Position numbers and translations under genes: made by a program. Shown here in pieces: positions 1 to 10,000 of a stretch of DNA of 64,000 nucleotides. The stretch is taken from assembly GCA_965218435.1 (NCBI GenBank), contig CBDCKW010000005.1, positions 576,001 through 640,000 of the forward strand. Reading direction: 5' to 3'. The first letter of the stretch is position 1, and the number at the start of each line of letters is the position of its first letter. The notes under the pieces were generated by a model that searched no databases, had not been told where the DNA came from, and was given only the letters and a program-made list of their open reading frames with translations. This DNA is from Truepera sp. GTDB lineage: Bacteria > Deinococcota > Deinococci > Deinococcales > Trueperaceae.

Positions 1-956
<956 letters not shown>

Positions 957-1067
957 TTAAGGCTGTGCCGCGAGGCAGAGGATGGCGTCGGTGGGTACGG
1001 CGATGGTCGGGTCGGGGCGCTCTTTGAAGCGCACGTCCCGGAGGCCGTACAGCATGGTTCCTTTCAT
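957..1067 (-). pseudogene. 36-aa N-terminal stub of a zinc-dependent alcohol dehydrogenase
   Basis: GAGGAG RBS + MKGTMLYGLRDVRFKERPDPTIAVPTDAILCLAAQP*. Resembles an MDR/Zn-ADH N-terminus but stops before the CGSD motif. Confidence 0.7.
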
Positions 1068-1081
1068 GGTGGTTCTCCTCT

Positions 1082-1357
1082 CTAACGGAAAGTTTGTCTG
1101 GGACTGCCTCTGGCGTGGTTTCTGGCGTCACGCTGAACGGCAAAGAGGCCGGAGATGGCAATAGCCCGGCCCGCCTGCCCCTCGGTTATTTCCAGGTCGG
1201 TCGCGATTGGCGTCAGCAAGCTGACGGACATGAACTCGGACGCGATCAGCGTCCCGACGCCCACGGTGAGGGCGAAGACGGCCCCCCACGGTGGGGCAAG
1301 CCCTGCGGGCGCGTTAGTTTCCTGAGCGGTATAGGCTGACGTGTTACTCAATTTCAT
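1082..1357 (-). pseudogene. N-terminal stub of an MFS efflux transporter (NepI/DHA1-like)
   Basis: WGAVFALTVGV...SEFMSVSLLTPIATDLEITEGQAG matches TM1-TM2 of DHA1 MFS proteins; only 91 aa. Confidence 0.75.
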
Positions 1358-1701
1358 AGACTCACCATCACGCGGACGTTCCCCTTGCCGAGTGCGTCCG
1401 ACAATCCCGCCGTGTCGTCAAGCCGCCCCAGTCGGGTGTAGCTGTACGAAGACTGGAAACCCTGGTAGAAGAGCACCAGGCAGTCGGAGCCGTAGAGCAT
1501 CAGGTCGCCTGTCTCGATGTTCCCTACCCGCTGCGGGTCGGTCGGCAGCCTTGCGGTCAGGTTGACGTACTTCTCGTTGCCGTTCAGCTCAATCATGGCG
1601 AACGTCAGGGGGAGCTGCTCCTGTAGCGCCTGCGTCGAAGCGTTGTCAAGAAGCGTCGCAGTGAATGTCTTGGTTCCGACCTGGATAGTAGCTTTACTCA
1701 T
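1354..1701 (-). CDS. Cyclophilin-like fold protein
   Basis: LPLT..MIELNGNEKY...GDLMLYGSDCLVLFY...SYSYTRLG motifs; start moved to ATG 1701. Confidence 0.8.
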   Translation of the reverse strand: MSKATIQVGTKTFTATLLDNASTQALQEQLPLTFAMIELNGNEKYVNLTARLPTDPQRVGNIETGDLMLYGSDCLVLFYQGFQSSYSYTRLGRLDDTAGLSDALGKGNVRVMVSL

Positions 1702-1711
1702 GGCTTCCCCG

Positions 1712-2476
1712 TTACTGCGCGGTGTATCCACCATCGACCGAGAGGGCGTGGCCGATGACGAAGCCCGCGCCAGGGCTGCACAGCCAGAGGACGGCCGAGG
1801 CGACCTCTTCGGGCTTGCCCAGCCTGCCGGTTGGCTGGTTCTTCAGCATGTCCTCTTTGGTGATGCCTTCATTCACGAACATGTCCGCCACCATCGGCGT
1901 GTCGATGGCTCCAGGGCAGACCGCATTGATGCGGATGCCCCTGGCGGCGTACTCGAGCCCGGCGCTTTTCGTAAGTCCGATCACCCCGTGCTTAGAGGCA
2001 TGGTAGATGGCGCGCCTTGGAATGCCGATCAGCCCGCCGATGGACGAGTTGTTGACGATCGCCCCGCTGCCCCGCTCGCGCATCTGGCGCAGCTCATACT
2101 TCATGCAGTTCCACACGCCCCGGAGGTTGATGGCGTTGACGCGTTCAAACTCTTCGCCGGTGGCGTCGGCCGTTTCGACCGGCAGCGATTGGATGCCCGC
2201 GTTGTTGAAAGCTGCGTCGAGGCGTCCGAAGGTGACGACGGTCTGCTCGACCATAGCGGCGACGTTCGCCTCGTCGGTCACGTCGCAGCGGATGGCGAGC
2301 GCCTGGTGCCCGGAAGCGTTCAGCTCATCGGCCACGGTCTTCACCGAGTCCTCGTTGATGTCGGCCAGGACGACCGCAGCGCCCGACTCCGCGAAGGCTC
2401 TGGCGGTCGCTTGGCCCATGCCTAGGCCCGCGCCGGTGACGAGTGCCACCTGATTCTCAAAAGACAGATTCATCAT
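1712..2476 (-). CDS. Short-chain dehydrogenase/reductase
   Basis: TGAGLGMG, NNAG, YHASK, AVCPG. Confidence 0.92.
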   Translation of the reverse strand: MMNLSFENQVALVTGAGLGMGQATARAFAESGAAVVLADINEDSVKTVADELNASGHQALAIRCDVTDEANVAAMVEQTVVTFGRLDAAFNNAGIQSLPVETADATGEEFERVNAINLRGVWNCMKYELRQMRERGSGAIVNNSSIGGLIGIPRRAIYHASKHGVIGLTKSAGLEYAARGIRINAVCPGAIDTPMVADMFVNEGITKEDMLKNQPTGRLGKPEEVASAVLWLCSPGAGFVIGHALSVDGGYTAQ

Positions 2477-2519
2477 TCCTCCTGATTCATGTTGCGTTGG
2501 CTACTTCGGGTTGCCCGGA

Positions 2520-2963
2520 CTACTGGCGCTCGTAAGTCACTCGGAAGTACTCATCGGGGCTCGTGGGGGTGAGGACGAGTTGGTCCTCCGTGACCTCAAA
2601 AGCGCGCTCCAAATCCTGCCCGATGAGATCGCGGACGAGAGAAGAACCTACCGTGACGACAAATGTCTTCGCCTCATCGTCAACGGCGATACGGCCATAA
2701 AACGCCTCATAGCCGTTGATGGTGTAGGGGGTGGGGGCGGCGTCGGCGTCCGGGTTCATGGCCTGAACCGACATCGTGCCCGAGTCCGTGAACACGATCT
2801 GCCCGGAGTAGGGCACTTCTTGGAGGTCGTCTGCCGAGGTGCCGCTCTCGAGCGAGGTCATGCGCCAGACGCCAGAGAGCAACGACGCGCTGTCTTGGGC
2901 TAGAGCTAAGGTCGCGACGGTGAGAGCGAAAGCGAAAAGAGAAGTTTTGTTGATGAAGGTCAT
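2520..2963 (-). CDS. Secreted lipocalin-like domain protein
   Basis: Signal peptide; LSGVWRM, GQIVFT..GTMSVQ, YEAFYG pattern. Confidence 0.7.
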   Translation of the reverse strand: MTFINKTSLFAFALTVATLALAQDSASLLSGVWRMTSLESGTSADDLQEVPYSGQIVFTDSGTMSVQAMNPDADAAPTPYTINGYEAFYGRIAVDDEAKTFVVTVGSSLVRDLIGQDLERAFEVTEDQLVLTPTSPDEYFRVTYERQ

Positions 2964-3063
2964 TTCGGTATCTCCTTAAAGTTGAGATTGGAAAAGTTCG
3001 GATGTCTGGGCGTTACGCTCCGTGAAGCACATAGCGCCGGGTCCATTCAGGCCGCTACTCCGA

Positions 3064-3450
3064 TTAGGTAATCGCGCTATCAACCGGGGCGTTGTCAACG
3101 TAGATACGCTGATCAGTGAACCTGCCGTCGCGGACTGTGAAGATCGAGCAGGCGTCGATCTCGGTAACGGTGTCGTCGTGAAGGTGCCAGACGCTGGTGA
3201 CTTCGAGGATGATTACCCCGTCGTCTTCCTGCCAGACGTTGATCAGCGGGTGGGCCAGTGACTTTACCTTGGCGAGTAACGACGCCATCCGTTCCAAAAT
3301 GGCGTCGCGCCCGGTGATGGTCGGCGCGTTCGCGAACGTCTGGGTAATGTTGTCGGCGTAGTAGGCACCGAGGCGCGCGAGGTCCTTGGACTCCATAGCG
3401 TCGAAGTAGTCCGTCAGGAGGTCGATTGTGGCCTGATTGGCGCGGGGCAT
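3064..3450 (-). CDS. SnoaL-like/NTF2 family protein
   Basis: YFDAM..D...YADN...N.PTITGRDAI...FTVRDGRFT...YVD pattern. Confidence 0.8.
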   Translation of the reverse strand: MPRANQATIDLLTDYFDAMESKDLARLGAYYADNITQTFANAPTITGRDAILERMASLLAKVKSLAHPLINVWQEDDGVIILEVTSVWHLHDDTVTEIDACSIFTVRDGRFTDQRIYVDNAPVDSAIT

Positions 3451-3486
3451 AGGAGGTCCCTTCCGTTGTTAGTGCGGCCGAGCAGC

Positions 3487-4527
3487 TCAGCCGTTCGAGG
3501 CTGGGTCGGCTGCTGTGGAGGGCCGTTCCGGTCCGTCGCCCGCACTGTGCTCAAAGGCTGCCGACTCGTGGGCCAGCGCCGTGAGCGCGTCGCGCTGCGC
3601 CGGTTCGAGCTGGACGTCGGCTGCTGTCGCGTTCGCGCGGAGCTCGTCCGGGGTCTCGGCACCCACGATTACCGACGTGACCGCCGGGCGCGACAACAGC
3701 CAGGCGAGCGAGACCTGATACGGCTGCCGTCCCCATTCACGGCTGAGCCGCTCGACCTCGCGGGCAATGGCGATTTCGGACTCGGGAAACCCGGCACCCT
3801 GGAAACGCTGGTCGCCGACGACGTCCCGGTCGAGCACGCCGAGGTCGGCGAGCAGACCGCCGTGCAGCGGCGCGTAGGGGATGATCGACAGCCCGAACTG
3901 CGTGCAGGCGGGCGCGAGTTCGCGTTCAGCAGCCCGGTCGATGAGGTTGTACTTCACCTGCACGGCGACGGGCGCGTTCAAGCGACGATCATCCGCGATC
4001 CACAGGGCGTGCGTGACCTGCCAAGCGGGGTGGTTGCTTAAGCCGACGTAGCGGATCTTGCCCTGCCGGATGAGGTCGTCGTACACCGCGAGGGTCTGCT
4101 CTAGCGGGGTGTCCGGGTCGGGGTCGTGGGCGTAGTACAGGTCGATGTAGTCGGTTCCCAAACGGCGCAAGCTCGTCTCGACTTGGCGGATGATGTGGCG
4201 GCGCGACAGGCCGCGGTCGTTGACCCCGTGCCCGACAATCCCATTGGACTTGGTGGCGATCACCACCTCGTCGCGGCGACCGCGTAGGGCTCGGCCAAGG
4301 AGCTGCTCGGCGGGTTCCCGGTCGGCGGCGGCAGGCGCACCTGGCCGGTCGAAGACGGGCATGTTGCCGTACACATCGGCGGTGTCGATAAAGTTGACGC
4401 CGAGGTCGAGCGCTTCGCCGACGAGCCGGTCGGTGTGCTCCGCGGTTGGCGCGACGCCGAAGGTGGCGGTACCGAGCGCGATGCGGGATACTCTGATGCC
4501 GGTGGAACCGAGGATAGCGTACTGCAT
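3487..4527 (-). CDS. Aldo/keto reductase
   Basis: LGTATFG, FIDTADVYG, VIATK, SLRRLGTDYIDLYYAH; AAGGAGG RBS. Confidence 0.92.
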   Translation of the reverse strand: MQYAILGSTGIRVSRIALGTATFGVAPTAEHTDRLVGEALDLGVNFIDTADVYGNMPVFDRPGAPAAADREPAEQLLGRALRGRRDEVVIATKSNGIVGHGVNDRGLSRRHIIRQVETSLRRLGTDYIDLYYAHDPDPDTPLEQTLAVYDDLIRQGKIRYVGLSNHPAWQVTHALWIADDRRLNAPVAVQVKYNLIDRAAERELAPACTQFGLSIIPYAPLHGGLLADLGVLDRDVVGDQRFQGAGFPESEIAIAREVERLSREWGRQPYQVSLAWLLSRPAVTSVIVGAETPDELRANATAADVQLEPAQRDALTALAHESAAFEHSAGDGPERPSTAADPASNG

Positions 4528-4590
4528 AAACAACCTCCTTCTCGAGTGGGCGGGTCAGACAGCGTAGAGCAGACCCGCTTTTGTTTTCTG

Positions 4591-5322
4591 CTAATCCAAT
4601 GAGACTTCGGTAAACCGGGCCAAGGCGTCCAGCAGCTCGTCCTGGAAGCGCTGATCGTGAACAGCGGGCTTCGGGTCGGTGCGGCGCTGGTGGTACCAGT
4701 ACCCGCCCGAGGTTTTTGCCTCCGGGTCTTCGCTGGTGGCGAGCCATGTCTGGGTCGTGTGACCGAGTTCCAGGTCGTCGGTCGCACCTACGCCACCCAT
4801 CTTCGTAGGTACCCAGCCGGGATCGACGGCGTTGCTCAGCACTTCCGGCCACAACCGGGCGACGGCCATCGCGAGCGCCGTGACGAACAACTTGCTGTCC
4901 GAATACGAGCCGCTTGTACCCCGCCCGCGCCAGTCCATTCCCGTTAGGTCGGCCCGCCCGCCGCTGTGCATACTGCTGCTGAGGTAGATCAGGCGCTGCG
5001 GTCGGTCGATGTGCGCGGTGAGCAGATACGGGGCGACTACGTTGACGGGCAGTATGGCTGACCCGCTGCCGATGCCAGCGTTGTGGATCACCGCGTCCAT
5101 CCGCCCGAGGCGGTTCACCTGGTCAGCGACGCTATGTGTCTCCTTAAGGTCGGCTAGATCGCCGACGACAGCCTCAGCTCCGCGATCTAGCAGGTCGCGC
5201 ACGGCGTCAAGGCGCTGGGGGGTGCGCGTGTGTACGACAACCTTATGGCCGTTTTCTAAAAGAGCTTGAGCGGCAGCGCGTCCGAGGCCGTCCGCCGAAC
5301 CCGTGACGAACACGCGGTTCAT
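4591..5322 (-). CDS. Short-chain dehydrogenase/reductase
   Basis: TGSADGLG, HNAG, YSDSK, VDPGWVPTKMGG. Confidence 0.88.
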   Translation of the reverse strand: MNRVFVTGSADGLGRAAAQALLENGHKVVVHTRTPQRLDAVRDLLDRGAEAVVGDLADLKETHSVADQVNRLGRMDAVIHNAGIGSGSAILPVNVVAPYLLTAHIDRPQRLIYLSSSMHSGGRADLTGMDWRGRGTSGSYSDSKLFVTALAMAVARLWPEVLSNAVDPGWVPTKMGGVGATDDLELGHTTQTWLATSEDPEAKTSGGYWYHQRRTDPKPAVHDQRFQDELLDALARFTEVSLD

Positions 5323-5357
5323 GAAGACAAAACCGTGAGTTTCTGATTGGAGGTCAT
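5319..5357 (-). other. 12-codon ORF (gene remnant or leader) translationally coupled to the SDR
   Basis: AAGGAG RBS then MTSNQKLTVLSS*; its TGA overlaps the SDR ATG (ATGA). Confidence 0.4.
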
Positions 5358-5393
5358 TTCATCTCCTTGAGATAAGAATGTGTCGGAGTTCAG

Positions 5394-5897
5394 CTACTGT
5401 GGGATGAGCTGGGCGCATACGGGGCCGGTTTCGAGGTCGTTAAGGCGTTCCTGGCCGGACACGATGGTGCCGATCGGAATCACCTGGTCGTCGTAGGACG
5501 TATCGCGGCGCTTGGCGTCGTAGAAAAAGCCGAGGTTGCCCCAGGGGACGAAATAGATGAGGTCGCCGTTAGCGGGAGGGCTACCGCTCGAGCCTTCGGT
5601 GCTTAGGTCGCGCGGAAGGTAGCTGAGTTTCTCCATGCTGGCAAAATCCTCGAATTCCAAAGTGAGGGGCAGCCTGGACGCGAAGTCGCGGCTGGTGGGG
5701 TTGTCGGCAAGCTGGACGATGATCTCGGTATCACCGACGGTGAAGCGCGCGCGCGTCTCAGTAGCTGTTTCCTGCGCCGGTGCAGCTGTTCTACACGCCT
5801 CCGGTGTAACGGGCGCAGCGGCGCAGGCCGAGGTGAGGAGCAGCGCTCTAAGGATGAACGTGGCGAGGGTGGCGGGTGCGCGTAGGGTAAGGCCCAT
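5394..5897 (-). CDS. Cyclophilin-like fold protein with N-terminal signal/lipoprotein-like leader
   Basis: DNPTSRDFASRLPLTLEFEDF..EK..YLPR...GDLIYFVPWGNLGFFY. Confidence 0.78.
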   Translation of the reverse strand: MGLTLRAPATLATFILRALLLTSACAAAPVTPEACRTAAPAQETATETRARFTVGDTEIIVQLADNPTSRDFASRLPLTLEFEDFASMEKLSYLPRDLSTEGSSGSPPANGDLIYFVPWGNLGFFYDAKRRDTSYDDQVIPIGTIVSGQERLNDLETGPVCAQLIPQ

Positions 5898-6292
5898 CAG
5901 CCTTGGTACTGCGCATCATTGACAGGCTCGAGCCACTCGACGACTTCGCCCCCTTGCGCCTCATGAATAGCGATGTGTGTCATGGCGGTGGTGGGACTCG
6001 CACCGTGCCAGTGCTTCTCACCCGGCTCGAACCAGATCACGTCTCCGGGCCGGATTTCCTCGACCTGACCCCCTTCGCGCTGGACGAGCCCGAGCCCGAA
6101 GGTCACGATGAGCGTTTGCCCCAAGGGGTGCGTGTGCCAGTTGGTGCGCGCTCCAGGTTCAAAGGTAACCGTTGCGCCCCTGATACGCGCATCGTTCGTG
6201 CTCTGAAAGGGAGCATCGAGGCGAACGGTGCCGGTAAACCAGTCCGACGGTCCTTTCGCCGAGGGTTGTGAACCGTTTTTCTGAATGTTCAT
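5897..6292 (-). CDS. Cupin domain protein
   Basis: [31 protein letters not shown]; start at ATG 6292. Confidence 0.9.
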   Translation of the reverse strand: MNIQKNGSQPSAKGPSDWFTGTVRLDAPFQSTNDARIRGATVTFEPGARTNWHTHPLGQTLIVTFGLGLVQREGGQVEEIRPGDVIWFEPGEKHWHGASPTTAMTHIAIHEAQGGEVVEWLEPVNDAQYQG

Positions 6293-6314
6293 GACTTCAA
6301 TCCTTTCTTCGTTC

Positions 6315-7058
6315 CTACCAAGGCTGTGAAGCCGGACCGACGGTGAACTCGCTGATGGTGGTGTCTTCCGGCTGATCGATGGCAATAGCCACAACACTTG
6401 CAATGCGATCCGGCGAGATGCCGTACTGGTCGTAAATTCCCCCCATGCCTTCGGCTGTACCCTCGTGCGAGATCGTGCCTAACAGTTCGGTGTTGATCGC
6501 AGCGGGATAGATGGTTGCCGTGCGGATGTTGGTGCCCTCCTGGGCCGATTCCATCCGCAGGACTTCCATGAAGTCGCGTACGAACCATTTCGTCCCGCCG
6601 TAGACTGCGCCACCCGGATAGGCTTTGAGCCCGGCGACCGACGAGGTGGTAATGACGTGCCCAGACTTTTGTTGGGTAAACGTCGGCAGCACAGCGGCGA
6701 CGCCGTTTAACACACCCTTGATGTTGACATCGACCATGCGATCCCAGTCATCGGTTTTTAGGGCGGAGAGCGGCGAATTCGGCATGATGCCTGCGTTCAG
6801 GAAGACCACATCGACGCCCCCGAACGTCTCCTTTGCGAGTTCGACTAGGGCAGCGCTATCAGCTGGGTCAGTCACGTCTGTCACCCGGTAGGCCGCTTGT
6901 CCGCTTGCCCCCTTGATAGCCTCGACCAACTCCTTAAGCTCATTTTCGCGCCTTGCGCCCAGCACAACTTTAGCGCCTCGACTGGCGAGCAGCTTCGCTG
7001 TCGCTTCCCCGATGCCTGACGATGCGCCGGTAATAATCACAACTTTGTCCTTAACCAT
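6315..7058 (-). CDS. Short-chain dehydrogenase/reductase (YdfG-like)
   Basis: [17 protein letters not shown]. Confidence 0.92.
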   Translation of the reverse strand: MVKDKVVIITGASSGIGEATAKLLASRGAKVVLGARRENELKELVEAIKGASGQAAYRVTDVTDPADSAALVELAKETFGGVDVVFLNAGIMPNSPLSALKTDDWDRMVDVNIKGVLNGVAAVLPTFTQQKSGHVITTSSVAGLKAYPGGAVYGGTKWFVRDFMEVLRMESAQEGTNIRTATIYPAAINTELLGTISHEGTAEGMGGIYDQYGISPDRIASVVAIAIDQPEDTTISEFTVGPASQPW

Positions 7059-7214
7059 TTTTATCCCTTCGTCGGTAAGGCTGGCCTTTCAACCATCCGT
7101 TTCCGATCCGCTATTGAAGAATAGTTCGGATTGTTGACTGGGTGTTAGAACGATTGTCCGGAATAGTTGCGCTATCCTGCAAAAGGGTGGACATCTTCAG
7201 GATGGAAAGTCAAC

Positions 7215-8168
7215 ATGTATAGGATGAATCAAGACCTAGAAGAACCTAAACGCCAGAAAATCGACGCCAGTCTTCACGAGCTGACTGCGCGCGTCGCGCA
7301 GGCCATTCCTGAGGACGGGAACATCGAGGCGCTCGAAGGGCTTCGGCTGTTCCGTTCGTCCTCGATCACGGAGCTGTCGCACGGGATCTCTATCCCCGCC
7401 TTATGCCTCGTCGTTCAAGGTCGCAAAGAGGTCACACTTGGCGACGACCTCTACTTCTACGACGCCAACCAATATCTCATTACCGCCGCCGCACTGCCTA
7501 TCGAGAGCCGGTTCACCGAGGCGTCGGCAGAGCGGCCGTGCCTGGGCATCGTCCTTCAACTCGATCCCGCCCTCATCGGCTCGGTCATTGTTGAAATGAT
7601 ACGCCCCGTGCAGCGAGATCGCACCTCAGTAAGAGCCTTTAACGTGAGCCCGTTAGAAGCCGGGCTTTTAGACGCTCTGATAAGGCTTATGGAGCTTTTG
7701 AATTTACCTGCGGATGAGGCCCGCTTTCTCAGGCCGCTCATCGTCCGGGAGATTATCTTCCGACTCCTTAAGGGGGAGCAGGGCGGCTGGCTCCAGCACA
7801 CCACCATCCTGAGCGGCCATAGCCACCGGATTGCCGGGGCCTTAGAACGGCTCCGCAAGGACTTCAACCAACCCCTTCGGATCGAGGACTTCGCCCAGGA
7901 CGTCGGCATGAGCGTTTCCAGCTTTCACCACCACTTCAAGGCCGTCACGGGTATGAGCCCCGTTCAGTTCCAAAAGCGGATACGCCTCCAAGAGGCTAGG
8001 CGGCTCATGCTTTCCGAAAACTTCGACGCTGCCCATGCAGGCTTTCGGGTAGGGTATGACGACACCTCGCACTTCAACCGTGAGTACAAGCGGCACTTCG
8101 GCCAGCCGCCGAGGCGCGACGTGCAGCGGCTGCGGGAGGTCGGCGCGGCGGCAGGCGCTGAGGTGTAG
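7215..8168 (+). CDS. AraC family transcriptional regulator (YqhC-like N-terminal domain)
   Basis: LCLVVQGRK...; C-terminal HTH MSVSSFHHHFKAVTGMSP.QFQK.IRLQEAR, VGY...FNREYKR.FG.PP. Divergent from the oxidoreductase operon; start uncertain (7215/7224). Confidence 0.92.
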   Translation: MYRMNQDLEEPKRQKIDASLHELTARVAQAIPEDGNIEALEGLRLFRSSSITELSHGISIPALCLVVQGRKEVTLGDDLYFYDANQYLITAAALPIESRFTEASAERPCLGIVLQLDPALIGSVIVEMIRPVQRDRTSVRAFNVSPLEAGLLDALIRLMELLNLPADEARFLRPLIVREIIFRLLKGEQGGWLQHTTILSGHSHRIAGALERLRKDFNQPLRIEDFAQDVGMSVSSFHHHFKAVTGMSPVQFQKRIRLQEARRLMLSENFDAAHAGFRVGYDDTSHFNREYKRHFGQPPRRDVQRLREVGAAAGAEV

Positions 8169-8226
8169 ACAAACCGAGCGGCAGCCCCTATTGGGGTTGA
8201 CCTCTATAAAGTGGTAGGAGTGTTTG

Positions 8227-8260
8227 CTATGCGTGGCTACGGCCCGATAATGGCATAAGC
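8227..8260 (-). repeat. Conserved 34-bp site 'A' downstream of vapC (putative recombination site)
   Basis: Minus strand GCTTATGCCATTATCGGGCCGTAGCCACGCATAG; 24/34 ungapped identity to 27612-27645; imperfect terminal arms. Confidence 0.65.
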
Positions 8261-8299
8261 ACCAACAGTAAGCGGTCAGGTTTATGGAGTCGTACCCTA

Positions 8300-8689
8300 C
8301 TACTCCCAAAGAAGTGGGACATCGTAGTGACGAAACACGTCGTCCTTGCTCACAAGCGTCAATCCCTCGACGTTCGCTTGAGCGATGAGTAGGCGATCAA
8401 AGGGGTCCTTATGGTAGTCGCCAAGCTTCTCGAGTGCAAGAACATGTTGCAGGGAGACGGAAAGTACGCCTAGACCGTTCTTCTCCCTTTGCTCGCTTAT
8501 CAACGTCGAAAGAGGCGTTCGCAGCTCGAGCTTGCCCAAAGCGGCTTTGATCTGCATCTCCCAAGCGCTGACGACACTCAAGGTAATTTCGTGAGCAGGG
8601 TCTTGTAAGGTCTCAAGAAGTGAGTTGGGGAGTTGTTCGGCGTCGGCATCCCACCATAAGAAGGCGTGCGTATCCAGTAACAGCCTCAC
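8300..8689 (-). CDS. vapC: Type II TA toxin, PIN domain
   Basis: LLLDTHAFLW, SVVSAWEM, HKDPFDRLLIAQA, LVSKD. Confidence 0.93.
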   Translation of the reverse strand: MRLLLDTHAFLWWDADAEQLPNSLLETLQDPAHEITLSVVSAWEMQIKAALGKLELRTPLSTLISEQREKNGLGVLSVSLQHVLALEKLGDYHKDPFDRLLIAQANVEGLTLVSKDDVFRHYDVPLLWE

Positions 8690-8886
8690 TCGCCAAGCCA
8701 GAACTGTTCACCCAGGGGTGCATCGAAGTCATCTTTTATGTGTGCCGACCCACGATGCAGGTTTGGCTGACGAGTTCGGGGTTGCGACACTTTACGCTCG
8801 AAGAGGTAGCTGGCATAGTCGAAGACCTCTTCACGTAACTCGGCGGGAAGTTGGTCGATGAGTGTGTCGAGCGCCTTACGGTCCAT
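8686..8886 (-). CDS. DUF2281-type antitoxin
   Basis: LPAELREEVFDYASYL...G...IKDDFDAPL; GTGA overlap with vapC. Confidence 0.85.
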   Translation of the reverse strand: MDRKALDTLIDQLPAELREEVFDYASYLFERKVSQPRTRQPNLHRGSAHIKDDFDAPLGEQFWLGE

Positions 8887-8948
8887 AAAGACATGATAAA
8901 CGATGCCTACTCGAAACTCCTCTGGTTATGGTGAGTCCGGGCATCTTT

Positions 8949-8961
8949 GCAGCTATAGGCG
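8949..8961 (+). repeat. Partial inverted copy 'B' of the site, between recombinase and antitoxin
   Basis: GCAGCTATAGGCG vs site D minus strand GCAGCTAACGGGCCG and site F GCCATTATAGGGCGG. Confidence 0.35.
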
Positions 8962-8981
8962 TATGCATCATCTGGATGGGT

Positions 8982-9872
8982 CTACTGCGGGAAATAGCGT
9001 CGGTAGGTCGCCTGCCTCGATTCACCTGAGAGATGGACGTAAAGCTGTGTGGTGGTCGGCGAGGCGTGGCCCAAGATCGACTGTACTGCTGCAATAGGCG
9101 CATCCTGGTTCAGCAGAAGAGTCGCCAGGGTGTGCCGCAGAACATGGGGTGTTACTCGAGTCGCCAAACCGCATCTAGCAGCAACCCGTTTGAAGATACG
9201 CTGCATCTGCGAAATGCTGAGGCGCTGTCGGCTCAAGTTGCCGTTTTCTTGCAGGCGACGACGGTCGGTAACAAAAAGCGCTGAACTCAAATCCTCACGG
9301 TCATTGAGGTATCGCCTGAGCCAAAGCGCCGCCTTCGCACCAAAATAGACCTCTCGCTCCTTATTGCCCTTACCCAGCACAATCGCGCTGCGGCGCGTCC
9401 AGTCCACTTTGTCGTGGTTGAGTCCATGAACCTCTCCGACCCGACAACCGGTGGCAAAGAAAAACTCGATTAAGGCGTGCTCGAGCGGACTCTTGCAGGC
9501 GTCACGTAACAACTCGACCTCCTCGATGGACAGTGCCTTCGGAATGCGGTGAGGAAGCCGAGGCTCTTTGAGCTTTACAGCAGGGTTTCGTAGCAACACC
9601 TCTTCTTCGTGAAGCCACTTGAAGAACACTTTGACGACCCTAACCCTATTCGCCAGACTTGACGTCTTCAAGCGAGTAAAACCGGACAGGTAAGTGCGGA
9701 GGTGCTCGAGCCGAATCTGATCCACAAGCGTATCGCTTCCCAAACGCATAGCGAGGTGCTGGAGTTGTCGGCGGTACGAGTAAAGTGTTCGGGAGCTATA
9801 CCCATCGAGGCGTTTTGCCTCCAGGTAAGAGTGAATGACCGTAGTGAGCATTGGGGCGACAGACTGGTTCAT
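8982..9872 (-). CDS. Tyrosine recombinase/integrase (XerA/XerD-like)
   Basis: TGCRVGE (R), GKGNKER (K), HVLRH (HxxR), LGH, TTQLY (Y) all intact; GGAGG RBS before ATG 9872. Confidence 0.93.
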   Translation of the reverse strand: MNQSVAPMLTTVIHSYLEAKRLDGYSSRTLYSYRRQLQHLAMRLGSDTLVDQIRLEHLRTYLSGFTRLKTSSLANRVRVVKVFFKWLHEEEVLLRNPAVKLKEPRLPHRIPKALSIEEVELLRDACKSPLEHALIEFFFATGCRVGEVHGLNHDKVDWTRRSAIVLGKGNKEREVYFGAKAALWLRRYLNDREDLSSALFVTDRRRLQENGNLSRQRLSISQMQRIFKRVAARCGLATRVTPHVLRHTLATLLLNQDAPIAAVQSILGHASPTTTQLYVHLSGESRQATYRRYFPQ

Positions 9873-10000
9873 AAGAAACCTCCGAACCGTAGCTTGTCCG
9901 GAGGGCGTTCCAAACACACGCAAACCCGTAAGTTTTATAGCAGCGTCGCGCTCGATAACTGCATAACGACCTGCGCTTCACCCGCCGACAGATGTTCTAG

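Noticed and set aside
1517..2425. 302-aa plus-strand ORF
   Set aside because: Antisense shadow of the SDR and cyclophilin-like genes; no motifs.
4550..4590. GCGGGTC...GACCCGC hairpin with T-run as terminator
   Set aside because: The T-run is on the plus strand while the flanking genes are minus-strand, and the loop is long.
3989..4852. 287-aa Arg-rich minus-strand ORF
   Set aside because: Alternative frame of GC-rich AKR/SDR genes.
8982..9872. Canonical integron integrase (IntI)
   Set aside because: No obvious IntI-specific insertion between the catalytic patches; size and motifs fit XerA/XerD-like enzymes. Needs an HMM check.
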